Positions 48,675-58,504 of a stretch of 64,000 nucleotides of DNA are shown here, piece after piece. The notes under the pieces are model-generated. The model worked only from the letters and a program-made list of their open reading frames with translations. It did no database searches and was not told the DNA's origin. The DNA lies in contig JBGANF010000027.1 of assembly GCA_044222475.1 (NCBI GenBank), forward strand, positions 1-64,000, in the 5' to 3' direction. This DNA is from Polyangiaceae bacterium. GTDB lineage: Bacteria > Myxococcota_A > Polyangia > Polyangiales > Polyangiaceae. Every line of letters starts with the position of its first letter. Position 1 is the first letter of the stretch. The position numbers and the translations under genes were made by a program.

Positions 48675-49664
48675 ATGAGCTCGCGCCGCGTCGTCGTCGC
48701 ATCCGTCGCCGTACTGTCTCTCGCTGCTTCGTGGGTCGCGTGCAGCGACGAGCCGCCGCCGCTCGTCCCGATCGACGCCGGAAACGACGTCGTGAGCGAC
48801 GGACCGCTCCCCGACGGCGCCATCCCCGACGTCGATCCCGACGCCCCGTTCGACGCCGGTCCGTCCGTCTGCACCGAGCCGATGGCCTTCGGCGCCGGTA
48901 AGGCGGTTCCCACCGTCTCGACGCCCCAAGCCGACCGCTTCGGGGCCATCACCCCCGACGAGCTGACGATCGCCTGGATGAACGCCGCTGGCACCGTCCT
49001 CTACGCGGATCGCGCCGCCGCCACCGACCCGTTCGGACCGACCCAGACGTTCAGCGGCAACTTCGCCCTCGATCGCGTGGCTCTCTCGGCCGACGGCCTG
49101 ACGTTGATCGGCGTCGTCACCGGGCGCGCGACGTTCGCCCAGGTGAAGCGCAGCTCGCGCTCCGGCGCGTTCACCGGGTTGCTCGACAGCGCGCCGTTCA
49201 AGTTCTTGAACCAACAGAACGGCGGCAACGAGAACGACGGCGGCGTCGTCGACGCCGGCGGCACCGTGGCCGACCCGGTGCTCTCCGCCGACGGACGACT
49301 CTTCTACTTCACGCTGATCGCCTCGGGGGTGGAGACGTTCGCGGAGTCGCTGCGCCTCGGCGGCACGACCTACCCGTCTCCGCGCCTCCTCAAAGAGACG
49401 GATCTGGTTCCGGTCAACGGCAAGTACCGCCGTCCCACCGGGATCTCGGTGGACGGCCGCACGCTCTTCTTCTGGGACGAGTCGACGAACACCGAACGTG
49501 CCGCGTTCCGCGAGAGCGTCACCTTCCCGGGCAAGACCGGCTACACGAAGTTCATCACCCTCGGTGCGTACCCGGGCGCCCAAGCGACCCAGACCTGCGG
49601 TCGCCTCTACTACGAGGCCAGCGGCACGGGTGGCGTCGATCTGTTCTTCGCCGATCGGAACTAG
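48675..49664 (+). CDS. Lipoprotein, probable beta-propeller
   Basis: Lipobox WVAC; repeats AITPDELTI, ALSADGLTL, VLSADGRLFY, ISVDGRTLF. Confidence 0.75.
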   Translation: MSSRRVVVASVAVLSLAASWVACSDEPPPLVPIDAGNDVVSDGPLPDGAIPDVDPDAPFDAGPSVCTEPMAFGAGKAVPTVSTPQADRFGAITPDELTIAWMNAAGTVLYADRAAATDPFGPTQTFSGNFALDRVALSADGLTLIGVVTGRATFAQVKRSSRSGAFTGLLDSAPFKFLNQQNGGNENDGGVVDAGGTVADPVLSADGRLFYFTLIASGVETFAESLRLGGTTYPSPRLLKETDLVPVNGKYRRPTGISVDGRTLFFWDESTNTERAAFRESVTFPGKTGYTKFITLGAYPGAQATQTCGRLYYEASGTGGVDLFFADRN

Positions 49665-49690
49665 GCGTTCCCGTCGAAAGCGCGCTATTC

Positions 49691-51253
49691 GTGCGCGCAG
49701 TGAGCTCCGGGTCGCAAGACGAGATCGCTTCGCGTGCGGGCAAGGGCGGCGCTGCCGTTCTCGGCGCGAAGGTCTACTTCATCCTCGTCGGCTTCCTTCA
49801 ACAGCCGCTGCTCAAGTGGGCGATCGGGCTCGCGGCCTACGGAGCGCTCTCCGGGCGCGTGCTCGGCGTCGCGAACATCGTCAACAACGTCGTGGTCTCG
49901 GCGTCGACCCAGAGCGCCAGCCGCGCGGTCGCGCAGTCCAAAGGCGACGAGGCCAAGGCGTTGCGCCTCGCGCTCCGCGTCCACGTCCCCATCGCCATCG
50001 CGCTCGCCCTCGCGTTCGCGGCGGCGGCGCCGTTGGTCGCGTGGTTCCAGCACGCGCCTCACGTGACGGTGCCGCTCGCCGTCGCTGCCGGGGTCGTCCT
50101 CTGTTACGGGCTCTACGCGCCGCTCGTCGGCTACCTCAACGGCCGCGGCCAGTTCGTGCGCCAAGCCTCGCTCGACGTGCTCTTCGCGACGCTTCGCACC
50201 ATCGGCCTCGTCGGGCTCGGCGTCCTCTTCGTGCGCGGCGGCATGAGCGGACCGCTCGGAGCGATCATCGGCTTCGTCGTCGCCGCGGTGATCATCCTCT
50301 TCGTCGCGCTGCGCTTCACCGGGCTCGGTGCGAGCGGTGAGTCGCCGTCGATCCCGACGGCGCGCGCGTACGTCGGTGCGCTCCTGCCGCTCGCGCTCAC
50401 GCAGCTCTTCACGAACGCGCTGATGCAGCAGGACACGATCCTGCTCGGCCGGTTCCTGTCGGAGGGCACGGCGCACATCGGGCTCGTCGGTCAGAACGCG
50501 ACCGATGCGGCCGACGAGTGGGTCGGCGTGTATCGCGCGTGCCAGCTCTTCGCGTTTCTTCCCTACCAGCTCCTGCTCGCGCTCACGCAAGTGCTCTTTC
50601 CGATGCTCGCCCGCGCCAAGGCCGAGGGCGACACCGAGCAGATTCGGAGCTACGTCCTGCGCGGCGCTCGGCTGGGCGCGATCGCGACCGGGCTCTTCGT
50701 CTCGGTCATCGTCGCGATGCCGGGCACCGCGATCCGCATCGCCTACGGTGCAGAGGTCGCTGAGCGTGGCGCTGGCACGCTCCGCATCCTCGTGCTCGCG
50801 CAGGCGCTCTTCGCGATGCTGGGTTTGGCGAACACGATCCTCGCGAGCCTCGGGCGCGAGCGCGTCGCCGCCACGATCACCGGGTGCGCGGCGGCGCTCG
50901 CCATGGGGCTGTCGTTCTTCTTCGCGCCGGGAGGCGTCTTCGGCGAGCCGGTGCTGATGCGCATGGCCCTCGCGGTCGGGACCGCGCTGGTCGCGGCGCT
51001 CGTGTTCGCGACGGTCGTGGTTCGCCGGACGGCCAAGGCGTTCGTCCCCCTCGCGACCGCGGTGCGGGTCGTGATCGCCGTCGCGCCGTGCGTCGTGATC
51101 GGCCTTCGCATCCCGACGTTGCGCCCGGTCCTGTCACCCATCCCCGCCGTCCTCGCCACCTTGACCTACCTCGGGGTCCTCGTGGTCACCCGCGAGCTGC
51201 GACGCAGCGATTTGGCTCCAATTCTCGAACGATTGCGCCGCCGGAAGGCCTGA
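49691..51253 (+). CDS. MOP-superfamily flippase (Wzx/MurJ/SpoVB-like)
   Basis: About 14 TMs, DTILLGRFL, VGVYRAC, VLFPML pattern. Start may be GTG 49700. Confidence 0.82.
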   Translation: MRAVSSGSQDEIASRAGKGGAAVLGAKVYFILVGFLQQPLLKWAIGLAAYGALSGRVLGVANIVNNVVVSASTQSASRAVAQSKGDEAKALRLALRVHVPIAIALALAFAAAAPLVAWFQHAPHVTVPLAVAAGVVLCYGLYAPLVGYLNGRGQFVRQASLDVLFATLRTIGLVGLGVLFVRGGMSGPLGAIIGFVVAAVIILFVALRFTGLGASGESPSIPTARAYVGALLPLALTQLFTNALMQQDTILLGRFLSEGTAHIGLVGQNATDAADEWVGVYRACQLFAFLPYQLLLALTQVLFPMLARAKAEGDTEQIRSYVLRGARLGAIATGLFVSVIVAMPGTAIRIAYGAEVAERGAGTLRILVLAQALFAMLGLANTILASLGRERVAATITGCAAALAMGLSFFFAPGGVFGEPVLMRMALAVGTALVAALVFATVVVRRTAKAFVPLATAVRVVIAVAPCVVIGLRIPTLRPVLSPIPAVLATLTYLGVLVVTRELRRSDLAPILERLRRRKA

Positions 51254-51289
51254 CCGACTCTTTCCGAGTTCGTGTAGTCTCGATCGCCC

Positions 51290-53002
51290 ATGCACTGGCG
51301 CTGGCTTCGGCTCTTCGCGCAGTACCTCGTCATTGCCCTCTTCGTGACGGCCACGACCCGCGCCCGCGCGGAAGACGCCGGCGTCGCGGACGCCCACGCG
51401 TCGGACGCCGGCCGCCGTGACGGCGCAGCAGACGCAGCCGACGACGCCACGACGGCGATGGCGATGGAGCTCGACGGCGCCACGGACCTCGACGCGACCG
51501 CGGCGGACGGCGCGAACGACGCCGAGCCCGACGTCGCGGATGCCTCGACCACGGAGGTCGATGCGATCGCTCCAGCGCCCTCTGCCTCCGCAGCCCACGG
51601 CGCCCCGACCGAGGGCTCGCCGGTCAAGCTCCGCGACAAGCGCGTGTTCGCGATCCGCGTTCCTCGCGCCGGGGTCTCCGCCGAGGACCGCGCCCTCGCG
51701 GCGACTCAAGCGCTCGAAGCGGCGTTCGACGAGCACGCCGACGCCGAGGTCCACGTCGACGACTCGAAGCCCGGCGTCGAAGTCGTCCTCGTCGGCGACA
51801 CGCCGATCATCGAGCTCGGACAAGAGGACGCCGACGCCGCCGGGGACACGAGCCTCTCGGTCCACTCGCTCCGCATCGCGACCGCGATCCGCGAGACCTT
51901 CAAGACCGAGCGCACCCGGCGAGACGTCGCGACGACGGTGTTCCATTGGTCGCTCGTCTTCTTCACCGCTCTGATCGCGTTCCTGGCCCAACGCCGGATG
52001 CGCGAGATCCTCGTGCGCGGCCGAAAGTGGCTGAAACAGAACCCCGACAAGCTCCCGGTGCTCCGCGTCGGAAACGTCGAGATCCTGCGTCCGGCGGCGT
52101 TCCAAGGCGTGATCCAGATCGGCGTCTCGATCCTCGAGCGCACCCTGCAGCTCACGATCGCCTACGTCTGGCTCGTCTTCGTCCTCAACCTGTTCGACGC
52201 AACGCGCGGCTTCGGCAAGCGCGTCACCGGGCTCGTCTTCACGCCCATCGGCGCGTTGTTCGCGCGCCTCGCCACGAGCCTTCCGGGCCTCATCGGCGCC
52301 GCGGTCGTCCTCTTCGTGCTCTTCGCAGCGTTCCGGCTCGTGGGGCTCTTCTTCCAGAGCGTCGAGAAGGGGGAGACCCAGCTCGATTGGCTCCCGAAGA
52401 GCCTCGCGCGCCCGGTAGGCTTCCTCACTCGACTCGGCCTGGTCACCGCGGCAGTCGTCCTCGGAGCTCCGCTCGTCACCGGTGACGAGCAGGGTGTCGC
52501 ATCCCACATTGGTACCGCCATGCTCGCAGCCTTCGGGCTCGCAGCGGTGCCGATCCTCTCGTCGGCGTTCCTCGGCGTGGCGACGATCCTCTCGGGCCGC
52601 CTGCGGGTCGGCGATTTCGTCGCCTTCGACGGGCGCCAAGGGCGCGTCGCCTCGATGACACTCCTCGAGCTGCGTATCCACGACGGCGAGGGCGCCGAGA
52701 TGCGGGTGCCATATCTCCTCACCCTCGTGCGACCGATCCGCGTCCTCGGCCCGTACCGCCTCTCGAACTTCGAGATCATCGTCAATCCGCAGGCCGATCA
52801 AGCGAGGGTGCGCGAGATCCTCGTCACCGCCGGGAAAGGCAAGCACGGCGCGCCGCGCGTGCGGCTCGTCGACATCGACGCCGACGGTGCGCGCTACGAG
52901 ATCGTCGCCAAGCGCGGCCTCGACGACGAGGATCCGACGATCCTCATCGTGAAAGCGCTGGAAGACGCCGGGATCTCGCTCGGTCGCAAGAAGGGGGGCT
53001 GA
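51290..53002 (+). CDS. MscS-family mechanosensitive channel with large N-terminal domain
   Basis: C-terminal LRVGDFVAFDGRQGRV..MRVPY; signal peptide and Asp/Ala-rich linker. Confidence 0.8.
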   Translation: MHWRWLRLFAQYLVIALFVTATTRARAEDAGVADAHASDAGRRDGAADAADDATTAMAMELDGATDLDATAADGANDAEPDVADASTTEVDAIAPAPSASAAHGAPTEGSPVKLRDKRVFAIRVPRAGVSAEDRALAATQALEAAFDEHADAEVHVDDSKPGVEVVLVGDTPIIELGQEDADAAGDTSLSVHSLRIATAIRETFKTERTRRDVATTVFHWSLVFFTALIAFLAQRRMREILVRGRKWLKQNPDKLPVLRVGNVEILRPAAFQGVIQIGVSILERTLQLTIAYVWLVFVLNLFDATRGFGKRVTGLVFTPIGALFARLATSLPGLIGAAVVLFVLFAAFRLVGLFFQSVEKGETQLDWLPKSLARPVGFLTRLGLVTAAVVLGAPLVTGDEQGVASHIGTAMLAAFGLAAVPILSSAFLGVATILSGRLRVGDFVAFDGRQGRVASMTLLELRIHDGEGAEMRVPYLLTLVRPIRVLGPYRLSNFEIIVNPQADQARVREILVTAGKGKHGAPRVRLVDIDADGARYEIVAKRGLDDEDPTILIVKALEDAGISLGRKKGG

Positions 53003-53007
53003 GCCGA

Positions 53008-54306
53008 GTGAACTCGCTTCTGCTCCTGATGGGGCTCCTGCTCGTCGCGTACCTGGGGTCGTTCCTCGTCGGTGGGGAACGGTCGGTGCGCGGAATCGGG
53101 CTCCCGTCGAGCGTCGAGTGGGTCGTCCTCGGGTTCATCATCGGGCCGCACGCGCTCGGTCTCGTCGCAGGGTCGGTCGTCGACTCGGTGAAGCCGATCG
53201 TGCTCATCGGCGTCGGCTGGCTCGCGCTGATCGGGGGAGCGAACTACGCGCAGACGCCCTTCGGCGCCGTGCCGCGCGGTCGCGTCGCTGGCGCGCTGGG
53301 GTGGGCGACGTTGTCCGCGGCGATCGCCGCGGCCGCGATCTACTTCGCCCTCCCCTACTTCGCGGACGGCGTCACCGAGCAGGACCGGCGCCTGCTCGCG
53401 ATCACGCTCGGCGCCGCATCGACCGAGACCACGCGCCACGTCATGCGATGGGTGCAGGAGCGCTACTCGGCGGAGGGGCCGGTGTTTCGCCTGCTCACGG
53501 ACATCGCCGACGCAGAAGACGTCATCCCGGTCGCCCTCGTCGCCGTCGTCTTCGCGCTGACCCAACCCAAAGAGGCAGTCCTCGCGCCGCTTCCGGCGCT
53601 CGGAGCAACGCTCGGTCTCGGCATCGTGCTCGGCCTCGTGAGCGCGCTGCTCCTCGGCGCCGAGTTCCGCCTCCGCGAGTCGTGGGGCGTGCTCCTCGGC
53701 ACTTCGATCCTCGCCATCGGGGTCGCGGCTCGCGTCGGGCTGTCCGTCGTCACCGTCCTCTTCGTCCTCGGCATGACGCTCGCGGCAGCGTCGAAGCATG
53801 CCGACGAAGTGCGCGAGATGCTCCTCAGCACCGAGCGCTCGGCGCTGCTGCCGATCCTCATCGTGTGCGGCATCCGCGCCGAGGCCACGTCGATGGGCCC
53901 GACGCTCGCGCTCGCCGCGATCCTCGTCGTCGTCCGATTGATCGTCAAATACATGCTCGGCGGAGTGATCGGCGTCGTCCTGAAGGAGGCGCGCCCAGCC
54001 GGGGGGCTCGTAGGCGTCGGGATGATGTCCTCGGGTGCGCTGACGATGCTGGTCGGGCTCACGATCAACCTGCGGTTCCCGGGGTTCGTCGGCGAAACCA
54101 CGCTCATCGCCGCCGCCCTGCTCAACATCGTCGGCGAGCTCTTCGGTCCGCCTGCGCTTCGAACTGCGCTCCGCCGCGTCGGTGAGATCAAGGCGCCCGA
54201 GGCGCCGAAGTCGGCTTCGATCCTCGACGAGCCGGACGACGAGCCGGACGACCGACCGTCGTCGCGTGAGCTCCCGTGGAGCGAAGAAGAAGGAGGCGAG
54301 CCATGA
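53008..54306 (+). CDS. Cation:proton antiporter-like membrane protein (subunit 1)
   Basis: About 12 TMs, LGFIIGPHALGL, ASTET, ELFGP. Confidence 0.72.
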   Translation: MNSLLLLMGLLLVAYLGSFLVGGERSVRGIGLPSSVEWVVLGFIIGPHALGLVAGSVVDSVKPIVLIGVGWLALIGGANYAQTPFGAVPRGRVAGALGWATLSAAIAAAAIYFALPYFADGVTEQDRRLLAITLGAASTETTRHVMRWVQERYSAEGPVFRLLTDIADAEDVIPVALVAVVFALTQPKEAVLAPLPALGATLGLGIVLGLVSALLLGAEFRLRESWGVLLGTSILAIGVAARVGLSVVTVLFVLGMTLAAASKHADEVREMLLSTERSALLPILIVCGIRAEATSMGPTLALAAILVVVRLIVKYMLGGVIGVVLKEARPAGGLVGVGMMSSGALTMLVGLTINLRFPGFVGETTLIAAALLNIVGELFGPPALRTALRRVGEIKAPEAPKSASILDEPDDEPDDRPSSRELPWSEEEGGEP

Positions 54307-55688
54307 GCTCGGCCGCTCACGCCGCGCCGCGCGGCCCGGTCACGCGCCTCATCCAGCTCGTCTCGCTCGCGCTGTGCTTCGCCATCCTGTGGGGCGCCAA
54401 GTACGTCGTCCCCGAGAGCGAGGAGACGCTCGGCATCATCTCGGGTATCGGCCTCTTCATCATGGGCGGGACGCTCGCCAGCGAAGTCCTCGAGCCCCTC
54501 CGAGTCCCTCACCTCACCGGCTACCTCGGGGTCGGCATCCTCGCCGGCCCGCACGTGCTCCACCTCGTCGACCACAAGGCCGTCGAGTCGATGACGCGCG
54601 TCAACGCGCTCGCGCTGGCGCTCATCGCGCTCGAAGGCGGAGCGGAGCTCAAGATCAGCCTCGTCCGCCCGGTCGTGAAGACGCTCGCGATCGCGACGTT
54701 CGTTCAGACGACGATGGTGCTCTTCGGTCTAGCGGGCGTGTTCGTGCTCGCACGTCCGCTGATCCCGTTCGCCCAGGCCTACGGCGTCACCGGCCTCATC
54801 GGCATCGCGTTCCTCTGGGGGCTCCTCGGCATCACGCGGAGCCCGTCCGCGGTGCTCGGCATCCTCTCGCAGACGCGCGCTCAGGGCCCTCTCGCCACCT
54901 TCAGCCTCGCCTTCATCATGGTGTCCGACGTCGTCGTCATCACCCTGGCGGCGGTGATCACGACGCTCGTGAAGCCGCTCGTCGTCCCCGGCGCCGAGAT
55001 GTCGAGCACGGCGTTCGCCGAGCTGTGGCACGAGATCCTCGGCAGCGTCTCGCTCGGGACGAGCCTCGGCCTCTTGATCGTGGCGTACCTCCGCTTCGTG
55101 AAGAAGAACTTCGTCGTCGTCCTCGTGGCGCTCGGCTTCGGCTTCACCGAGGTTCTGAACTACCTCCACCTGGAGCCGCTCCTCACGTTCCTCGTCGCCG
55201 GCTTCCTCGTCCAGAACCTCTCGAAGCAGGGCGAGGAGCTCCTCAAGTCCACGCAAGACATGGGGAGCGTCGTCTACGTTCTCTTCTTCGCGACCGCCGG
55301 AGCGCACCTCAACATCCCGCTGCTGAAGCAGTACTGGCTCGTCGCCCTCGTCCTCTTCAGCTCCCGCGCGCTGCTCACCTTCACGGCAAACAAGATCTCG
55401 ACGCGGTGGGCGAACGACCCACCCGTGCTCCGCAAGTGGGGCTTCTCCGCCTTGGTGTCCCAGGCCGGCATCGCGATCGGGCTCGCAGGAGCGATCGCGC
55501 GCGCGTTCCCTCAGTTCGGAGCCTCCTTTCAAGCCCTCGCGATCGCCACCGTCGCCCTGAACGAGATGCTGGGCCCCATCCTCTTCAAGACCGCCATCGA
55601 CATCTCGGGCGAAGGATCCCGGGAAAAAGAGCGCGACCGAAGCTCGTTCACGTCGATGCGCCCACCGCCACCGCCAGCCACCGAGTGA
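54303..55688 (+). CDS. Cation:proton antiporter (CPA) family protein (subunit 2)
   Basis: PHLTGYLGVGILAGP, GGAEL, SPS, LFFATAGAHL, SQAGIAIGL, NEMLGP; ATGA overlap with the upstream gene. Confidence 0.85.
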   Translation: MSSAAHAAPRGPVTRLIQLVSLALCFAILWGAKYVVPESEETLGIISGIGLFIMGGTLASEVLEPLRVPHLTGYLGVGILAGPHVLHLVDHKAVESMTRVNALALALIALEGGAELKISLVRPVVKTLAIATFVQTTMVLFGLAGVFVLARPLIPFAQAYGVTGLIGIAFLWGLLGITRSPSAVLGILSQTRAQGPLATFSLAFIMVSDVVVITLAAVITTLVKPLVVPGAEMSSTAFAELWHEILGSVSLGTSLGLLIVAYLRFVKKNFVVVLVALGFGFTEVLNYLHLEPLLTFLVAGFLVQNLSKQGEELLKSTQDMGSVVYVLFFATAGAHLNIPLLKQYWLVALVLFSSRALLTFTANKISTRWANDPPVLRKWGFSALVSQAGIAIGLAGAIARAFPQFGASFQALAIATVALNEMLGPILFKTAIDISGEGSREKERDRSSFTSMRPPPPPATE

Positions 55689-55736
55689 CCCGCCCATTGA
55701 CGCTGCCTGGGCTCCCGGTACTCTGGGAAATCGAAC

Positions 55737-56942
55737 ATGATTGACTCCGCCGAGCCCAAGACGTCGCCTCCCCTCGCGGCGCCCAGGGCCAAAACCAAGC
55801 GGGTCCTCATCGTCGAGGACGACGAGGATCTCGCCCGCGCGACGAAGCGATCACTCGAGCGATTCGGCTGGGAAGTCGTCATCGCGCACGACGCGGAAGA
55901 GGCTCAGGAGAAGCTGACGAGCGAGGGGCCGTCGGTCGTCCTGTGCGACATCAACCTACCGCGCGCCTCGGGGGTCGAGTTCCTGAGCATGGTGCGCTCG
56001 TACGACATCGACGTCCCGGTGCTCCTCATCACCGGAAGCCCGACGATGGAGACCGCGATCGAGGCAGTCCAGCTCGGCGCGATCGAGTACCTCACGAAGC
56101 CCATCGACGCCGACGTGCTCCACGCCCGGCTCGAGCGAGCTCACAAGCTGAGCCAGCTCGCGCAGCTCAAGCGCGACGCCCTCCGCGCCTCCGACAGTGA
56201 TGCCCCGCCGGGGGATCTCTTCGCGCTCGGCATCTCCTTCGACCGCGCCCTCAGCCAGATGTTCATGGCGTTCCAGCCGATCTTCGATCTACGGCGGAAG
56301 AAGATCATCGCCTTCGAAGCGCTGATGCGCTCGAAAGAGCCCGAGATGCAGAACCCGCTGTCGATCCTCGACGCGGCGCGCCGCCTCGATCGCTACGAGC
56401 AGCTCGGCCGGCGGGTGCGCGAGCTCGTGGACGTCGCGATCCCGAAGGCGCCGAAAGGAGTGGACCTCTTCGTGAACCTCCACTCGTCCGACCTCCTCGA
56501 CGCGACCCTCTACGACAAGACGTCACCGCTCTCCCGCATCGCGAGCCGCGTCGTCCTCGAGATCACCGAGCGCACGTCCCTCGACGACATCGAAGAGCCC
56601 AAGCAACGAGCGGCTTCGCTGCGGTCGCTCGGCTACCGGCTCGCGATCGACGATCTCGGTGCGGGGTACGCCGGGCTCACGAGCTTCGCCCTCCTCGAGC
56701 CCGAGATCGTCAAGCTCGACATGAGCCTGATCCGCAACGTCCACCTCGAGACGATGAAGCGGCGCTTGATCGAGTCGATGGTCGCGCTGTGCCGCAGTCT
56801 GAGCATGCAGGTCGTCGCCGAGGGGATCGAGACCCAAGCCGAGCTGGCCGTCATCCGCGACCTCGGGTGCGACTTCGGGCAGGGGTACGGACTCGGACGT
56901 CCCGCGCCCGAGTTCGTCGAGTCCATCTACCCGAGCGCCTGA
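55737..56942 (+). CDS. Response regulator receiver + EAL c-di-GMP phosphodiesterase
   Basis: VEDD, CDINLP, YLTKP; FQP, FEALMR, FVN, EITE, DDLGAGY, KLD, VAEGIET, QGY. Confidence 0.93.
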   Translation: MIDSAEPKTSPPLAAPRAKTKRVLIVEDDEDLARATKRSLERFGWEVVIAHDAEEAQEKLTSEGPSVVLCDINLPRASGVEFLSMVRSYDIDVPVLLITGSPTMETAIEAVQLGAIEYLTKPIDADVLHARLERAHKLSQLAQLKRDALRASDSDAPPGDLFALGISFDRALSQMFMAFQPIFDLRRKKIIAFEALMRSKEPEMQNPLSILDAARRLDRYEQLGRRVRELVDVAIPKAPKGVDLFVNLHSSDLLDATLYDKTSPLSRIASRVVLEITERTSLDDIEEPKQRAASLRSLGYRLAIDDLGAGYAGLTSFALLEPEIVKLDMSLIRNVHLETMKRRLIESMVALCRSLSMQVVAEGIETQAELAVIRDLGCDFGQGYGLGRPAPEFVESIYPSA

Positions 56943-56993
56943 CGCACGCACACATCACGCCTGACGCCGGTGGCGTCGTGGTACGATCGCCTC

Positions 56994-58499
56994 GTGTCCG
57001 AGCCTCGCCGAGCGGTGATCCTCGTCGTGGACGACGACGAGGCCATCACGAAGGGTGTCGCGGTCGCCCTCGAGAGCCGGGGTTACGCGGTCGTGCGGTG
57101 TCACACCGCGAGCGAAGCGCTCACCCTCGCCCGCGTCGAGCCGCCGGACCTCGCGCTCGTGGACATTCGACTGAACGCGGAGGACAGCGGCATTCACGTC
57201 GCGAGCGTGCTCCGGACCGAGCTCGGCGTCCCGGTGATCTTCATGACCGCGTTCGGTGACGAGGAGACGATCTCTCGCGCGACGCACGCCGGCGCCGCTG
57301 CGCTCCTGCTGAAGCCGGTGACCGACCAAGATCTCCGATGCGCCACCGAGATCGCGCTCGCCCGTCATCGCATCCTCGCCAAGGCCGCCACCGCCGAGCG
57401 CATCGCGACCGCGGCGAGCCTGGCGAACGGCCTCGCGCACGAGGTCAACAACCCCCTCGCCTTCCTCACCGCGAGCCTCGAGTACGCGGTGGCCACCGTC
57501 GACGCGATGAAGCGCGACCCCCAGCGGAGCCTCGAACAGCTGGGGTCCGTCGCGCGCGCTCTCTCCGACGCGATCGAAGGCGCCGAGCGAATCCGCAGCG
57601 TCGTCGCCGACATCACGACGTTCGCTCGCGCGCAGGTCCCGGTGCCCGAGCGTGTCGACCTCGGGGCGACGCTGCGCGCCGCGTGGGCCATTGCCTGCGG
57701 CGACGCCAAGGAGCGCCGCCACTGGCAGATCGACGTCGCGGACCTTCCGCCGATCGAAGGTGACGAGGTCCAGCTCGTCCAGCTCTTCACCCGGCTCCTC
57801 CAGAACGCGGTCGATCATCGACGGAGCGAGGGGCCTCATCGGGTCGCGCTGCGAGCGCACGCGGACGAGCGTGGGGTCACCGTCGAGATCGAGGACACCG
57901 GGCGTGGGATCCCGCGCGAGCTCCACTCTCGCATCTTCGATCCGTTCTTCACGACCCGCGGGGCGAAGGCCGGCCGTGGCCTGGGTCTCGCCATCGCCGG
58001 CGCGATCGTTCGCGCGCATTTCGGCGAGATCGGCCTGGAGAGTCGAGTCGGCGTCGGGACGACGGTGACGGTGTGGCTCCCGCGCGAGGCGAAGCTCGCA
58101 CTCGGATCGGACACGACCGCACCGAAGGTCACGAGCGAGCGCCCCCGAGTCCTGGTCGTCGACGACGAGCCGGCGATCGGCCGGTCGATCAAACGCATGC
58201 TGAAGGGCGAGTACGAGGTGCACACCGTCGGCGACGGCTCCGCGGCGCTCACCGAGCTCGGTCGCGCCACGTACGACGCGATACTCTGCGACATCACGCT
58301 GCCGGGCATGGACGGGACCGATCTCTACGCCGAGATTCGCCGGCGCCATCCAGCGCTCGCATCGCGGATCGTGTTCGTGACCGGCGGTACGTTCAGCGCG
58401 CGGTCTCAAGCCTTCCTGGATTCCCTACCGAACAAGACGATCCGCAAGCCGTTCGCGGTCGAGGAGATTCGGAGCGCGCTCCGCGAAGTGCTCCGCTAG
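56994..58499 (+). CDS. Hybrid sensor histidine kinase (REC-HisKA-HATPase-REC)
   Basis: VVDDD..DIRL, AHEVNNPL, DTGRGI, FDPFFTT, GLGL, second receiver VVDDE..CDITLP..KPF. Confidence 0.92.
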   Translation: MSEPRRAVILVVDDDEAITKGVAVALESRGYAVVRCHTASEALTLARVEPPDLALVDIRLNAEDSGIHVASVLRTELGVPVIFMTAFGDEETISRATHAGAAALLLKPVTDQDLRCATEIALARHRILAKAATAERIATAASLANGLAHEVNNPLAFLTASLEYAVATVDAMKRDPQRSLEQLGSVARALSDAIEGAERIRSVVADITTFARAQVPVPERVDLGATLRAAWAIACGDAKERRHWQIDVADLPPIEGDEVQLVQLFTRLLQNAVDHRRSEGPHRVALRAHADERGVTVEIEDTGRGIPRELHSRIFDPFFTTRGAKAGRGLGLAIAGAIVRAHFGEIGLESRVGVGTTVTVWLPREAKLALGSDTTAPKVTSERPRVLVVDDEPAIGRSIKRMLKGEYEVHTVGDGSAALTELGRATYDAILCDITLPGMDGTDLYAEIRRRHPALASRIVFVTGGTFSARSQAFLDSLPNKTIRKPFAVEEIRSALREVLR

Positions 58500-58504
58500 A
58501 GCGC

